Below, piece by piece: positions 1 through 8,791 of a stretch of DNA of 38,467 nt (its first letter is position 1; each line of letters begins with the position of its first letter). Both the position numbers and the translations under genes were made by a program. Under the pieces are notes generated by a model. That model was not told where the DNA came from and made no database searches. It worked only from the letters and a program-made list of their open reading frames with translations. Origin of the DNA: a virus (lineage: Duplodnaviria > Caudoviricetes); IMG/VR virus record IMGVR_UViG_3300044580_000551, positions 1-38,467 of that record. One strand, given 5' to 3'.

Positions 1-1572
1 CTATATCTCCACGCTCACTTCCGTACCTGTCTTAAACTCCACCGTCAGCCTGCCGTCATATACCGTCACCCTGTTGACAATCCTTCTGACCAGCTTGTCG
101 TCAAACTCGAAGAGGATGCCGGACTGGCTATTAAGGAACTCCATCATCTCTGCAATCTTTTGCCGCTTGTTCTGCCGCTCGGCGTTGCTGGCCAATGTTT
201 CCTGCCGCAGCTCCCGCAATCGGTAGATTTCGTTTGCCACACTGTCATAGGCCGCTTTTGTACTGGCAAGCCGCAAGAGTTCATGCTGCAGTTCTTCAAG
301 CTTTTTATCTATAGCTTCCGTGCTTTCATCAAACTCCCCGCCCAATGCCGTTTCAATGTTCCTGCGGAGAGTTTCAATAAACTCATCCCGCCCGGCAATT
401 ATGCTGTTGATAGCTTTGAGCACTGCTTTCTGCAGTTCTTCCTCTGGAACGGTCGGCGAGCCGCAGTCAGAACCTTTTTCCTCCAGCCTGCCAGCGCACC
501 GCCATACAATGGACTTTTTGCCGCGGTTGTTCCAATGCACCCTGCGGTAAATTTCACCGCACTCTCCGCAAAAAACGATACTCGACAGGGCATATTTGGA
601 ACTGTAAACGCGCTTGCCGCCTTTCTCGCCGCTCCGAAGGTTTGCCCGTCTTGCCAGCTCTTCCTGTGCCTGCATAAAAAGCTCCCGCGGAATAATCGGC
701 TCGTGGCTGTTTTCTACATAATACTGCGGCACGATGCCGTTATTGACAACCCGTTTCTTAGAAAGGAAATCCACTGTATAAGTTTTCTGCAAAAGGGCGT
801 CCCCGATATACTTCTCGTTTTTGAGTATCTTTCGGATAGTTTCCGGCCGCCATTTAGGTTTGCCTGCAGCGGTAAGAATGCCGTCAGCTTCAAGGCCGCG
901 GCCTATCTGCAGAAGGCTCGCGCCCTCAAGAAACTCCCGATAAATGCGTTTGACGATTTCCGCTTCCTCGGGAACAATAACCAGCCGTTTGTTTTCATCC
1001 TTTGTATAGCCTAAGAACCGGTTGTGGTTTACCTGTATCTCGCCGTTTTGAAACCGGAATGCAATGCCCATCCTGACGTTCTGGCTGAGCGACTGGCTTT
1101 CCTGTTGCGCAAGGCTCGCCATGATAGTTAAAAGAATTTCTCCTTTGCTGTCCATGGTGTTGATGTTTTCTTTCTCGAAAAACACCGGTATGCCCTTGTC
1201 CTTCAACTGGCGTATGTATTTCAAGCAATCGAGGGTATTCCTGGCAAACCGGCTGATGGATTTGGTTATCACCATATCGATTCTGCCCGCCATGCATTCC
1301 TCGATCATGCGGTTGAATTCCGCTCGTTTTTTTGTGTTTGTCCCAGTAATTCCTTCATCCGCAAATATTCCGGCCAGTTCCCACTCCGGATTGCTTTGGA
1401 TGTATCTGGTATAATGCTCTATCTGCACTTCATAACTGGACGCCTGTTCTTCATTGTCAGTAGAAACCCTGCAGTAGGCCGCTACCCGCAGCTTTTGCCT
1501 GGCATTAGCCTCTGCAGTTCTATTCTGCCTCGGTTTTGCCGGTATTACCGACACGGTTTTTGCTGCCGCCAA
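1..1572 (-). CDS. Large serine recombinase (integrase) 3
   Basis: AAYCRVSTD catalytic motif, SISRFARN, recombinase domain, CGECG zinc ribbon, coiled coil; TTG start after AAGGAG. Confidence 0.96.
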   Translation of the reverse strand: MAAAKTVSVIPAKPRQNRTAEANARQKLRVAAYCRVSTDNEEQASSYEVQIEHYTRYIQSNPEWELAGIFADEGITGTNTKKRAEFNRMIEECMAGRIDMVITKSISRFARNTLDCLKYIRQLKDKGIPVFFEKENINTMDSKGEILLTIMASLAQQESQSLSQNVRMGIAFRFQNGEIQVNHNRFLGYTKDENKRLVIVPEEAEIVKRIYREFLEGASLLQIGRGLEADGILTAAGKPKWRPETIRKILKNEKYIGDALLQKTYTVDFLSKKRVVNNGIVPQYYVENSHEPIIPRELFMQAQEELARRANLRSGEKGGKRVYSSKYALSSIVFCGECGEIYRRVHWNNRGKKSIVWRCAGRLEEKGSDCGSPTVPEEELQKAVLKAINSIIAGRDEFIETLRRNIETALGGEFDESTEAIDKKLEELQHELLRLASTKAAYDSVANEIYRLRELRQETLASNAERQNKRQKIAEMMEFLNSQSGILFEFDDKLVRRIVNRVTVYDGRLTVEFKTGTEVSVEI

Positions 1573-2353
1573 CTATAATCAGCTCCTTCCCATATATTTT
1601 TCCGTTAATAAGTTCAAACACCGCCGCCCCGCTGTGAAATACCGTAATTCTCTTAACAACCTTTGACATAAACTTTCCGTCGAAAGCGGCCGGCACATTG
1701 TCCATAATGTTTATCAGCTTTTCCGTCATATAATCGAAATCATCTGCTTCAACCAGCGAATAGGCATACTCTGCCTGCTTAAGCGGATCATCATATTTCT
1801 TCTCAATAACCAGCCACTTTTTGGGCGGCCTTGCTTTTACATCCTCCATATCCAGCGCGCAAACAACTTCCATGAATGCTTCTTCAAGACTCTGTTCCGA
1901 TATCACTGGGCTGGCGCAGCACAGCCGCCCTTTGACGATACGCCTGCTGCACCTCCACCGTTCCTTGCCGTTTTCCGCGTAGCGGCGGTATTCGCTACCG
2001 CATTCGCCACAGAAAATCCTGCCCCAAAAAGGCGAGATGTTTGATTTGTCGTCAGCAAAGTAATTCCGGTTTCTACCAAGCGTGTTTGCGCGCCATATGC
2101 GCTCTTCCTGAACACGGTTAAATAGCTCTGCATCGATAATGGCAGGATAAAATCCGTCGCCAAGATACCGCTCGTCGGAAAGCATCAGTCCAATTGAAGC
2201 ATGCCTGCGGGGAATGCCCGCCTTTTTTGCCGCGCCCTCCAAAGACAAGCCTCCGGCATATTCTGCAAAAAGCGTCTTGACTTGCGCGGCTTTGTTTTTG
2301 TCAAGAAATGCAGACCCGTTTTTAATTTTATATCCGTAAGGTATATGCGCCAT
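1520..2353 (-). CDS. Recombinase-domain/zinc-ribbon protein lacking the catalytic resolvase domain
   Basis: Starts at IPYGY (start of the recombinase DNA-binding domain), has YLGD..YPAII and CGECG..WRC zinc ribbon; no YxRVS motif. Confidence 0.88.
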   Translation of the reverse strand: MAHIPYGYKIKNGSAFLDKNKAAQVKTLFAEYAGGLSLEGAAKKAGIPRRHASIGLMLSDERYLGDGFYPAIIDAELFNRVQEERIWRANTLGRNRNYFADDKSNISPFWGRIFCGECGSEYRRYAENGKERWRCSRRIVKGRLCCASPVISEQSLEEAFMEVVCALDMEDVKARPPKKWLVIEKKYDDPLKQAEYAYSLVEADDFDYMTEKLINIMDNVPAAFDGKFMSKVVKRITVFHSGAAVFELINGKIYGKELIIVGGSKNRVGNTGKTEAE

Positions 2354-3931
2354 TTACCGTTCAATCCTTTCCCTTAAGACAAGGCCGCATTTCATTCGGA
2401 ATCCAATTTCTGCCGGCGAAAAAACGGTGATGCCTTTCACAAACCTTTCAAAGAGCAGTTCATCAAACTCCTCAATAATGCCGCCTTCTTTTGAGAGGTA
2501 TTTAAGCAGCGCTTCCGCTTCTGAAAGCGCAGATCGTCCTCCGGCAGAGGACGCTGCCAGCGCTGCCCGCTGTTCCCTGAGCCTTGCCGTTTCTGCCTTA
2601 ATTTCATTGTTCTGCTTATTAAAAAGAACGGGATCCAGATACCCTTTCGTCAGGAAACTGACCAGTATCTGCGCCCGCTCCGCGTTTTCCTCTATTTTTG
2701 TGTCAATTTCTCTTATCTTTGCATAAGAACCGCTTGCATCCTGTTCCTTCATAGCTTCAACCAGCGGCTTCAAAATGATGCTGTGATTGCTGTATAATTT
2801 GTTCATCATCAAAACAAATGCTGCTTTGATGCGGTCATCGCGAATGTATACCATGGAGCAATCCTTGGTCTTGCTGGCAATGTGCTTGCTGCAGCACCAT
2901 GCAACGTATTGCCCGGGCTTATTTGCCATATGGATCCGCCGTTTGAATACGCTGCCGCATTCGCCGCAGATAATCCTGCCGGAAAAAGCATAGCGGTTCA
3001 GGTATTTGCCTGTGCCTTTTTCAATTCCTTTTTCACGGCCGCGCTGTTCCAATATGCGCTTTGCCGCTTCAAAATCCTCCCGGCTTATGATGGCTTCATG
3101 ATGATCTTGCATATAATACATTTCTTCTTCGCCATGGTTATAATGACGGATAAAATTATCGTCGGTATAGGTCTTTTGAAAAAGAGCATCGCCCACATAC
3201 TTCTCATTTTCGAGTATTCCGCGGACAGCCGATGCCGTCCATTTCTTTCCCCGAGCGGGTTTGATGCCGTCTGCGTTAAGTCCTTCTGCCACGGCATGGG
3301 TGCCTCTGCCTGCCAAAATTTCCGCAAAGATACGTTTAACCACCGCTGCCTGCTCTGGACGCGGAACTATCGTTTCGTTTTGATACATATATCCATAGGG
3401 CGGGTTTGCAAGCTTGAACGTCCCGCTTTGAAACCTCCTCTTAATGCCCCATTTGTTGTTCTGCGAGATGGAAACCGACTCGTTTTCCGCAAGGCTGCTG
3501 AGCACCGAAAGCAAAAGCTCGCTGTCCATGGAGCGCGTGTTGATGTTCTCCTTTTCAAAATAGATGAAAATGCCAAGCTCCGAAAGCCTGCGGACGATCT
3601 CAAGGCAGTCGGCGGTATTGCGCGCAAACCGGCTGATGGATTTTGTAATGATAAAGTCAATCTTATGCTTCTCGCAGTCCCGCAAAAGCCTCAAAAGCCC
3701 TTCGCGGTTTTCCTTTTTAGTGCCGGAAATGCCCTCGTCGCAGTACAGCCCGGCAAATTCCCACTCAGGATTGTCCTTTATAACCTTCTCATAATGCTGC
3801 TTTTGCGCCTCAAGGCTTAAAAGCTGGTCGTCATTGTCGGTGGATACCCGGCAATAGGCCGCCACCCGGAGCTTCAGGGATGAAACAAACCTGTCCCCAT
3901 TAGCTTCAATCTTCATTACTTTTCGCATCAT
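2354..3931 (-). CDS. Large serine recombinase (integrase) 1
   Basis: [27 protein letters not shown]; start moved to ATG 3931 after GGAGGTGA. Confidence 0.96.
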   Translation of the reverse strand: MMRKVMKIEANGDRFVSSLKLRVAAYCRVSTDNDDQLLSLEAQKQHYEKVIKDNPEWEFAGLYCDEGISGTKKENREGLLRLLRDCEKHKIDFIITKSISRFARNTADCLEIVRRLSELGIFIYFEKENINTRSMDSELLLSVLSSLAENESVSISQNNKWGIKRRFQSGTFKLANPPYGYMYQNETIVPRPEQAAVVKRIFAEILAGRGTHAVAEGLNADGIKPARGKKWTASAVRGILENEKYVGDALFQKTYTDDNFIRHYNHGEEEMYYMQDHHEAIISREDFEAAKRILEQRGREKGIEKGTGKYLNRYAFSGRIICGECGSVFKRRIHMANKPGQYVAWCCSKHIASKTKDCSMVYIRDDRIKAAFVLMMNKLYSNHSIILKPLVEAMKEQDASGSYAKIREIDTKIEENAERAQILVSFLTKGYLDPVLFNKQNNEIKAETARLREQRAALAASSAGGRSALSEAEALLKYLSKEGGIIEEFDELLFERFVKGITVFSPAEIGFRMKCGLVLRERIER

Positions 3932-3950
3932 TTTCACCTCCTCCCGGGGT

Positions 3951-3985
3951 GGACATGATACCTCTGCGTGTAAATAATAGCAAGG
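3951..3985 (-). promoter_or_regulatory. Putative promoter of recombinase operon (motif copy 1)
   Basis: TTGCTA-17bp-TATCAT; CCTTGCT-N22-ATGTCC recurs at 23477 and 24886. Confidence 0.7.
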
Positions 3986-3988
3986 CAA

Positions 3989-4222
3989 TTACGCCATCAG
4001 CCGCGCGAGCTTCGGCGAGAAAGATTTGCGGTTTAAGTCGTCGATTTTGTGGAATTCATCCGGTGTGATTAAGCCCCCGTCAAGCATCCTCTGCAGGATT
4101 TTCCTGGAACGCCAGTAATCCAGCTCGCCCTGCAGCTCCTCCGGCGGCATGGCAAGCTTCGCCTTTTTCACATAATCCTCAAATCCCTCCGGATGCATGG
4201 AAACCGTTCCCGCATAGGCCAC
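3989..4222 (-). CDS. Small SHOCT-like protein upstream of recombinases
   Basis: ILQRMLDGGLITPDEF helix motif; GTG start at 4222 after GGGAGG. Confidence 0.75.
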   Translation of the reverse strand: MAYAGTVSMHPEGFEDYVKKAKLAMPPEELQGELDYWRSRKILQRMLDGGLITPDEFHKIDDLNRKSFSPKLARLMA

Positions 4223-4249
4223 AACAAACACCTCCCGCGTTTAAACTAT

Positions 4250-4290
4250 GCGGGAGCGGACAAGCCGCCGCTCCCGCCAATATATTTTTT
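4250..4290. other. 10-bp perfect GC hairpin; possible + strand terminator or RBS-controlling structure
   Basis: GCGGGAGCGG (4250-4259) / CCGCTCCCGC (4268-4277), followed on + by an AT/T-rich tract. Confidence 0.55.
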
Positions 4291-4308
4291 CATTTGCCAG
4301 CCTGCACT

Positions 4309-5031
4309 TCATTTCGGTATTTTCAATACCTGTCCGGGATAAATCGTTGCCGAGGACAGACCGTTTAATGACATAATCTCCGGGTACCTTGCCCCGCTGC
4401 CGAGCTGCTTTCGGGCAATGCCCCAAAGGGAATCGCCTTTTTGCACAATGTACGTCTTAGGATTGCCCGCAGCGTCAAGCAGCTTCCTTACATCGGCGCG
4501 AAACGCATCCATGGACTTTCCGAAACGCACAAACCAATGCATAACGTCGCTGTGGTTGCTTGCTATTCCGAGCTTATAGCCCTCCGAATGGCAGATGACG
4601 TCCTTTTCGGTAAGTCCGTACTCCTTGCAAAGATAAGCGCACAGTTCGGTGGCTTCCTTGTAGACGGCGGCAAAATATGAAGCGTCGCTCAGCCCGTCCT
4701 CGCAGATTTCAAAACCGATATATGAATCGTTGCCGGAGCCGCCGCAGTGCCAGCCGCGCATATTCCATGGAAGCGTCTGGTAGGTGGCGATGCTGCCGTC
4801 GGCGAGTTTCCCGATGAAAGCATGGACGCAGACCTCCCGCCCGTCTGGCCTGTCCTGGTTCCAGTGGTTGTTGTACGGATTTTTGCCAAGAAGCCCGTCG
4901 TCCGGGCCGACATAGCGCTTGAGCCACGGGTTGTTCGCCCCGGTGGAATGCACCATGACGCCCTTCGGGACAATGGTTTTGCCCGCTTTATAGCAGGCGT
5001 TGTTTGTCAGAATGAGTTTATGCAGGTTCAT
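4309..5031 (-). CDS. Endolysin: N-acetylmuramoyl-L-alanine amidase (Amidase_2 type) with C-terminal LysM
   Basis: VMVHSTG, GWHCG, IGFEICE, CHSE..HSD zinc-amidase motifs; YIVQKGDSLWGIA..IYPGQVLKIP LysM. Confidence 0.93.
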   Translation of the reverse strand: MNLHKLILTNNACYKAGKTIVPKGVMVHSTGANNPWLKRYVGPDDGLLGKNPYNNHWNQDRPDGREVCVHAFIGKLADGSIATYQTLPWNMRGWHCGGSGNDSYIGFEICEDGLSDASYFAAVYKEATELCAYLCKEYGLTEKDVICHSEGYKLGIASNHSDVMHWFVRFGKSMDAFRADVRKLLDAAGNPKTYIVQKGDSLWGIARKQLGSGARYPEIMSLNGLSSATIYPGQVLKIPK

Positions 5032-5445
5032 TTACTTGTCCTCCTTATCTGAGCGGTCGTGAAGCTGCTCCAAGACCGCCTTGAGCTTTTCGGGAACCGG
5101 CAGCCCTATGTGCGCGGCGTTTTCCAGTATTGAAATCCCCTCGTTGCTGAGATAAAAGAAGATAACCGCCGTCCGGATCGCGCCGCCGCTTACGAGCACC
5201 TGGCTGTCGATGATATGTCCCACGCCCACCAGCACAAAAATGAGCACCTTCTTGAAGATGCCCTTGGCTCCGACTTCGCTTGAAAGCTTCCTGTCCGCAA
5301 TCGCGCACATCACGCCGGTCAGATAGTCGATAGCCACAAAGGCGATCAGCGCATACAGAAAACCGTCCGGCCCGCCGAGAAACCAGCCAAGGAATCCGCC
5401 GATGGCGGCAAAGGCCGCCTGCACCCAGTTCCATACCGTTTTCAT
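5032..5445 (-). CDS. Holin (phage holin 4 / toxin-secretion family)
   Basis: Hydrophobic helices, IDYLTG, NEGISILEN, GLPVP motifs; directly before endolysin; ATG 5445 after GGAGGT. Confidence 0.92.
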   Translation of the reverse strand: MKTVWNWVQAAFAAIGGFLGWFLGGPDGFLYALIAFVAIDYLTGVMCAIADRKLSSEVGAKGIFKKVLIFVLVGVGHIIDSQVLVSGGAIRTAVIFFYLSNEGISILENAAHIGLPVPEKLKAVLEQLHDRSDKEDK

Positions 5446-5480
5446 TGATAAAACCTCCGTTTCAATCAAATTTGCATATT

Positions 5481-5511
5481 AAAAAAGCGCCCTGCCATAA
5501 AGCAAAGCGCT
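5481..5511 (-). terminator. Intrinsic terminator between tail genes and lysis cassette
   Basis: AGCGCTTTGC-loop-GCAGGGCGCT followed by a T run. Confidence 0.75.
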
Positions 5512-5531
5512 GAATATATAAGACTTTTACC

Positions 5532-8000
5532 CTATATCTGTTTCGGAAGCGCCTCCCACAGCCGCATATCCTCCTGCCCAAGCGACCAGATGGCTATACC
5601 TCGCAATTTCCATCGATAAGCCGCTTCGTTTGCCCAGTAAACAAGGCTATCCACATCCTGGTAATACAGAATAGAAAAACCATCCGCATCTCCGAGAAAA
5701 AGTCGGGATATCCAGATATTGATGTCCTTCGGGACGATTTTGACGAGATAATCGTTGCCGCAGGAAAGCTCCAAAAGCGAAGAGTGGAAAAAATCATAGT
5801 CCAGCGAAATGTCCTCGCTGCGGATGGCCGTTTCCTCCACGTCACTGTTTACCGAGAACACCTGAAACTCCTCGTCCCAAGTGACGCCCGTACGGGGAAT
5901 CCTGCCATAGCTTGCTGTTGTGCCGTCCGGGAGTTCCACATCAAAGCGTTCATACGGCTCATATACCCACACATCGCCAAGCCGCAGAAGCTCACATACT
6001 ATCCGGCTGTCCGAGCGGATTCCGGCATAACCGCTTGCACTGCTTACAGCCGCCGTAAAGCGCAGGGTGGAGCCTGCGCCGGAATAAACCCTCACCGTAT
6101 TGCCGCGCTTTCGCATTTCAATGGTGTACATATTGGGGTTTGTACGGATTTCGCTGTCCGGAGTTTTTGAAAAGCTTGTGGAATAGCTTCCAAGCAGGGA
6201 AGCGCCTTGGTACAGTTCGATCCTCTGCGTATTGTAATTAAGGCAGCAGAAAATATCGCCTAGGAACACTCCCGCCCTGCCGCCGCCGTTTTGCGGGAAA
6301 GCAAGCCTTGCCCGGATATGGACGTCGGAAAAGCCGTCGTACTTCCATGCAAGCTCGCCATGTCCTTCAAGCTGGGAATAGGGGCGGTCGGCAGAGCTTT
6401 CCGGATCCTGCCACACGCTCCACTGCCCGGAAAGGATCGTCCAGTAGCTTTCCGGCAGGATGTTCCTGTCCCGGAAATCCTCGTACCATATGAGGGCCGA
6501 GTCGGGTTTCCGGCGCAGCATTTCAAATGTCAGCTTAAACCCCTTATCGGGAGACGCCATCACGCCGTTTACATCCTTAAATTGCCTCGGCGACAGCATA
6601 TATGCCGCCTCGCCCGCAAAAGGGTACTCTGCAAAATTGCTGCACACCCGAAATCCGTAAAACTGGACTCCCGGCACACCACCACTTATGCTGACAGCGT
6701 GCATACCCTGTGTCAGAAATACACCCTTTTCAAGAGTCAGCCAGCAAAGCCTTCTCCAGTACGGCCACCACAGGCGGCTTTCGCTGAAGGTCTTCGCATT
6801 GCCGTCCAGGGAAACCACAATCGCGTTTTTATCCCAATAGGGAAAGCAAAGCCGTACTGCGACATCGTAATATCCCGCTTGTGCTATCTCGAACCGGTAC
6901 TCCGCCGACGCCTCCGCATCGCCAAGCGAGGCCATGCCCTCCGTAACAATGACATTTCCCTCATACTCGTCCGGAACGCCGTTTCTGTCGATATATACGG
7001 TTCCGAACTCCGCTCTCTGCTCCTTGCCGTAGCCGGTCAAATACCTCCGCCTGTTGTACACTCCTTTTTGCAGCGGGTACTCCCAGGATACGGCGTCCCA
7101 GCCCTCCATATAGTCATATACATGAGGCAGCGCCCACGGAACTTTGTTGTAGTCATCCCAGTAGGCGACAATGGGAATGAACGGCTGGGGCGGCGCGTCA
7201 TTGGTAAAGTTGTAAACCCCCGTCATCCAGTATTTGGCCGCATAGTAGGTGTTGGAAGTCCCCCGGTAGGTTTTTCCCAGATTCTCAGGCAAATCATAAA
7301 TCTGCCAGTTCCAGCCATAGGCTGGCAGCCCCATAAATATCTTGTCCGGCGACATTGCTGTAACAGCATAGTTGTATATGCCCTCCAGCCAGTCCCGGGG
7401 GGATACGGGGCCGGGAGCGGAGCCCGCCCAAGCCATGCCGTAGCTCATGATGGTGGCTGTATCGCAGTACGGATCGAGGTCTGAATATACGCACCAGTTT
7501 TCGCCGCCAACCGACCCTTGAACTCCAGTCATGCCCGGCAGGCAGATGTTGACGAGTTTCTGCGGGTTATATGCTTTTACGGTATTATAGATATCCCGGA
7601 ACAGGGCGTTTGCCGCGTTCCTGTTTTCATACCCCCCGCCGCGCTCCAGGTCGATGTCCACCCCGGCGCACCACGGATACTTGTTCATGATCCGCACGAT
7701 CTCAGTGAGAAACTTATCCTTTGCTCCGTTTGTGTTATTCCTCAGCGCGGTAAAAACAGAGGCTGTTCCATGGTTCATAATGGTCAGCAGCCACTTAATG
7801 TGCGGCCATTTTTGGATATACGGAAGCATGCTGCTGATGCTGGTGCCGGTTTCGGTGATTGTGCCTGTCGCGTCAACTTCAAAGGTAAAAATCCCTACCG
7901 TATCAAAGCGGTCGCCGTAGTCCCTGAGCGCTTCATACATCCTCGCATTGCCCATAAAGCTCCACACCATGCACCGTTTGCCTTTCAGATAATCCCTCAC
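5532..8000 (-). CDS. GH18 glycoside hydrolase (YaaH/SleL-like) with a large internal insertion, in tail module
   Basis: GVDIDLE (DxDxE), IMSYG, MGLPAYG, C-terminal LRGIAIWSLGQED. Confidence 0.88.
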   Translation of the reverse strand: MRDYLKGKRCMVWSFMGNARMYEALRDYGDRFDTVGIFTFEVDATGTITETGTSISSMLPYIQKWPHIKWLLTIMNHGTASVFTALRNNTNGAKDKFLTEIVRIMNKYPWCAGVDIDLERGGGYENRNAANALFRDIYNTVKAYNPQKLVNICLPGMTGVQGSVGGENWCVYSDLDPYCDTATIMSYGMAWAGSAPGPVSPRDWLEGIYNYAVTAMSPDKIFMGLPAYGWNWQIYDLPENLGKTYRGTSNTYYAAKYWMTGVYNFTNDAPPQPFIPIVAYWDDYNKVPWALPHVYDYMEGWDAVSWEYPLQKGVYNRRRYLTGYGKEQRAEFGTVYIDRNGVPDEYEGNVIVTEGMASLGDAEASAEYRFEIAQAGYYDVAVRLCFPYWDKNAIVVSLDGNAKTFSESRLWWPYWRRLCWLTLEKGVFLTQGMHAVSISGGVPGVQFYGFRVCSNFAEYPFAGEAAYMLSPRQFKDVNGVMASPDKGFKLTFEMLRRKPDSALIWYEDFRDRNILPESYWTILSGQWSVWQDPESSADRPYSQLEGHGELAWKYDGFSDVHIRARLAFPQNGGGRAGVFLGDIFCCLNYNTQRIELYQGASLLGSYSTSFSKTPDSEIRTNPNMYTIEMRKRGNTVRVYSGAGSTLRFTAAVSSASGYAGIRSDSRIVCELLRLGDVWVYEPYERFDVELPDGTTASYGRIPRTGVTWDEEFQVFSVNSDVEETAIRSEDISLDYDFFHSSLLELSCGNDYLVKIVPKDINIWISRLFLGDADGFSILYYQDVDSLVYWANEAAYRWKLRGIAIWSLGQEDMRLWEALPKQI

Positions 8001-8575
8001 AGGCGCTCACCCCCGTCCTGCATCTCCTGAAATTCAAAGAGCACCCGCGCCGATTTCCCCTCCTCCAGCTTCACCGCATGCTTGCTGTCCCATGCCGCCG
8101 AATATTGATAAAATCCTTCCTTCCGGGCAGGACTGCCGTTTTTAAGGCACCGGCGGGCAGACGCCAACAGCGCCAGCTCATCGCCCGCATTCACCGGATC
8201 AAGAAACCTCGCCTTGTGCGCGCCCAAGCCCTGGGAAAGCTCAATGCCGCCTGCCGCCATGTCCTGTACGGGATAGATATAACAGTCGATTTCCGCGGAT
8301 GTTTTGCCCAGGTTGAATAAAATAACCGTTTCCGCCGTCCGCACCACGCCGTTGTAATGGCGTGGCGGGACGGACTCCCCGTTTTCCCGGAATTTCGCCA
8401 GCATGTTGTTTGTGTGGACGGTGTACCCCGTCAGCCGGTCTCCTTCCTGAAACTGCAGGTCGGTAAAATAGAGGCTGCCGGTGCAGTCGGAAAGCTTAAG
8501 CGTCACAGTCACGCCCGCCACATGCCTGCCGCCCTTTATCTGTATGGTTTCCGCAAACCTTGAAAACTGCATCAT
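7997..8575 (-). CDS. Putative tail/baseplate protein; N-terminus homologous to 8582-8776
   Basis: DCTGSLYFTDLQFQEG motif; position in tail operon; GTGA overlap with GH18 gene. Confidence 0.75.
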   Translation of the reverse strand: MMQFSRFAETIQIKGGRHVAGVTVTLKLSDCTGSLYFTDLQFQEGDRLTGYTVHTNNMLAKFRENGESVPPRHYNGVVRTAETVILFNLGKTSAEIDCYIYPVQDMAAGGIELSQGLGAHKARFLDPVNAGDELALLASARRCLKNGSPARKEGFYQYSAAWDSKHAVKLEEGKSARVLFEFQEMQDGGERL

Positions 8576-8581
8576 CAACAC

Positions 8582-8776
8582 CTACCCGTCCAATGTCCAC
8601 CGTATCTCGCACGCATGACCCACCCAGCCGGTGGCCACCGAGCCGCCCTGCAATAATAAGTCCGTAAAGTAAACTATGCCGGTGCAGTCGGTGACGCACA
8701 GCCGGATGGTGATGGACTTGACTCTGCTCCCACTCTTGGGAGAAATATTGTGCGCAGTTTGATTGAAATACGCCAT
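8582..8776 (-). CDS. Small tail protein resembling the C-terminal half of a carbohydrate-binding jelly-roll
   Basis: DCTGIVYFTDLLLQGG..ATGW; start 8776 or 8788. Confidence 0.7.
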   Translation of the reverse strand: MAYFNQTAHNISPKSGSRVKSITIRLCVTDCTGIVYFTDLLLQGGSVATGWVGHACEIRWTLDG

Positions 8777-8791
8777 ATCCGCCGCCATCCT

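Noticed and set aside
1-60. Attachment site at the left end
   Set aside because: The window stops at the recombinase stop codon, so att cannot be seen.
7997-8788. Duplicated tail segments as DGR template/variable repeats or a shufflon
   Set aside because: Similarity is mainly at protein level and not adenine-specific; no reverse transcriptase or flanking inversion sites seen.
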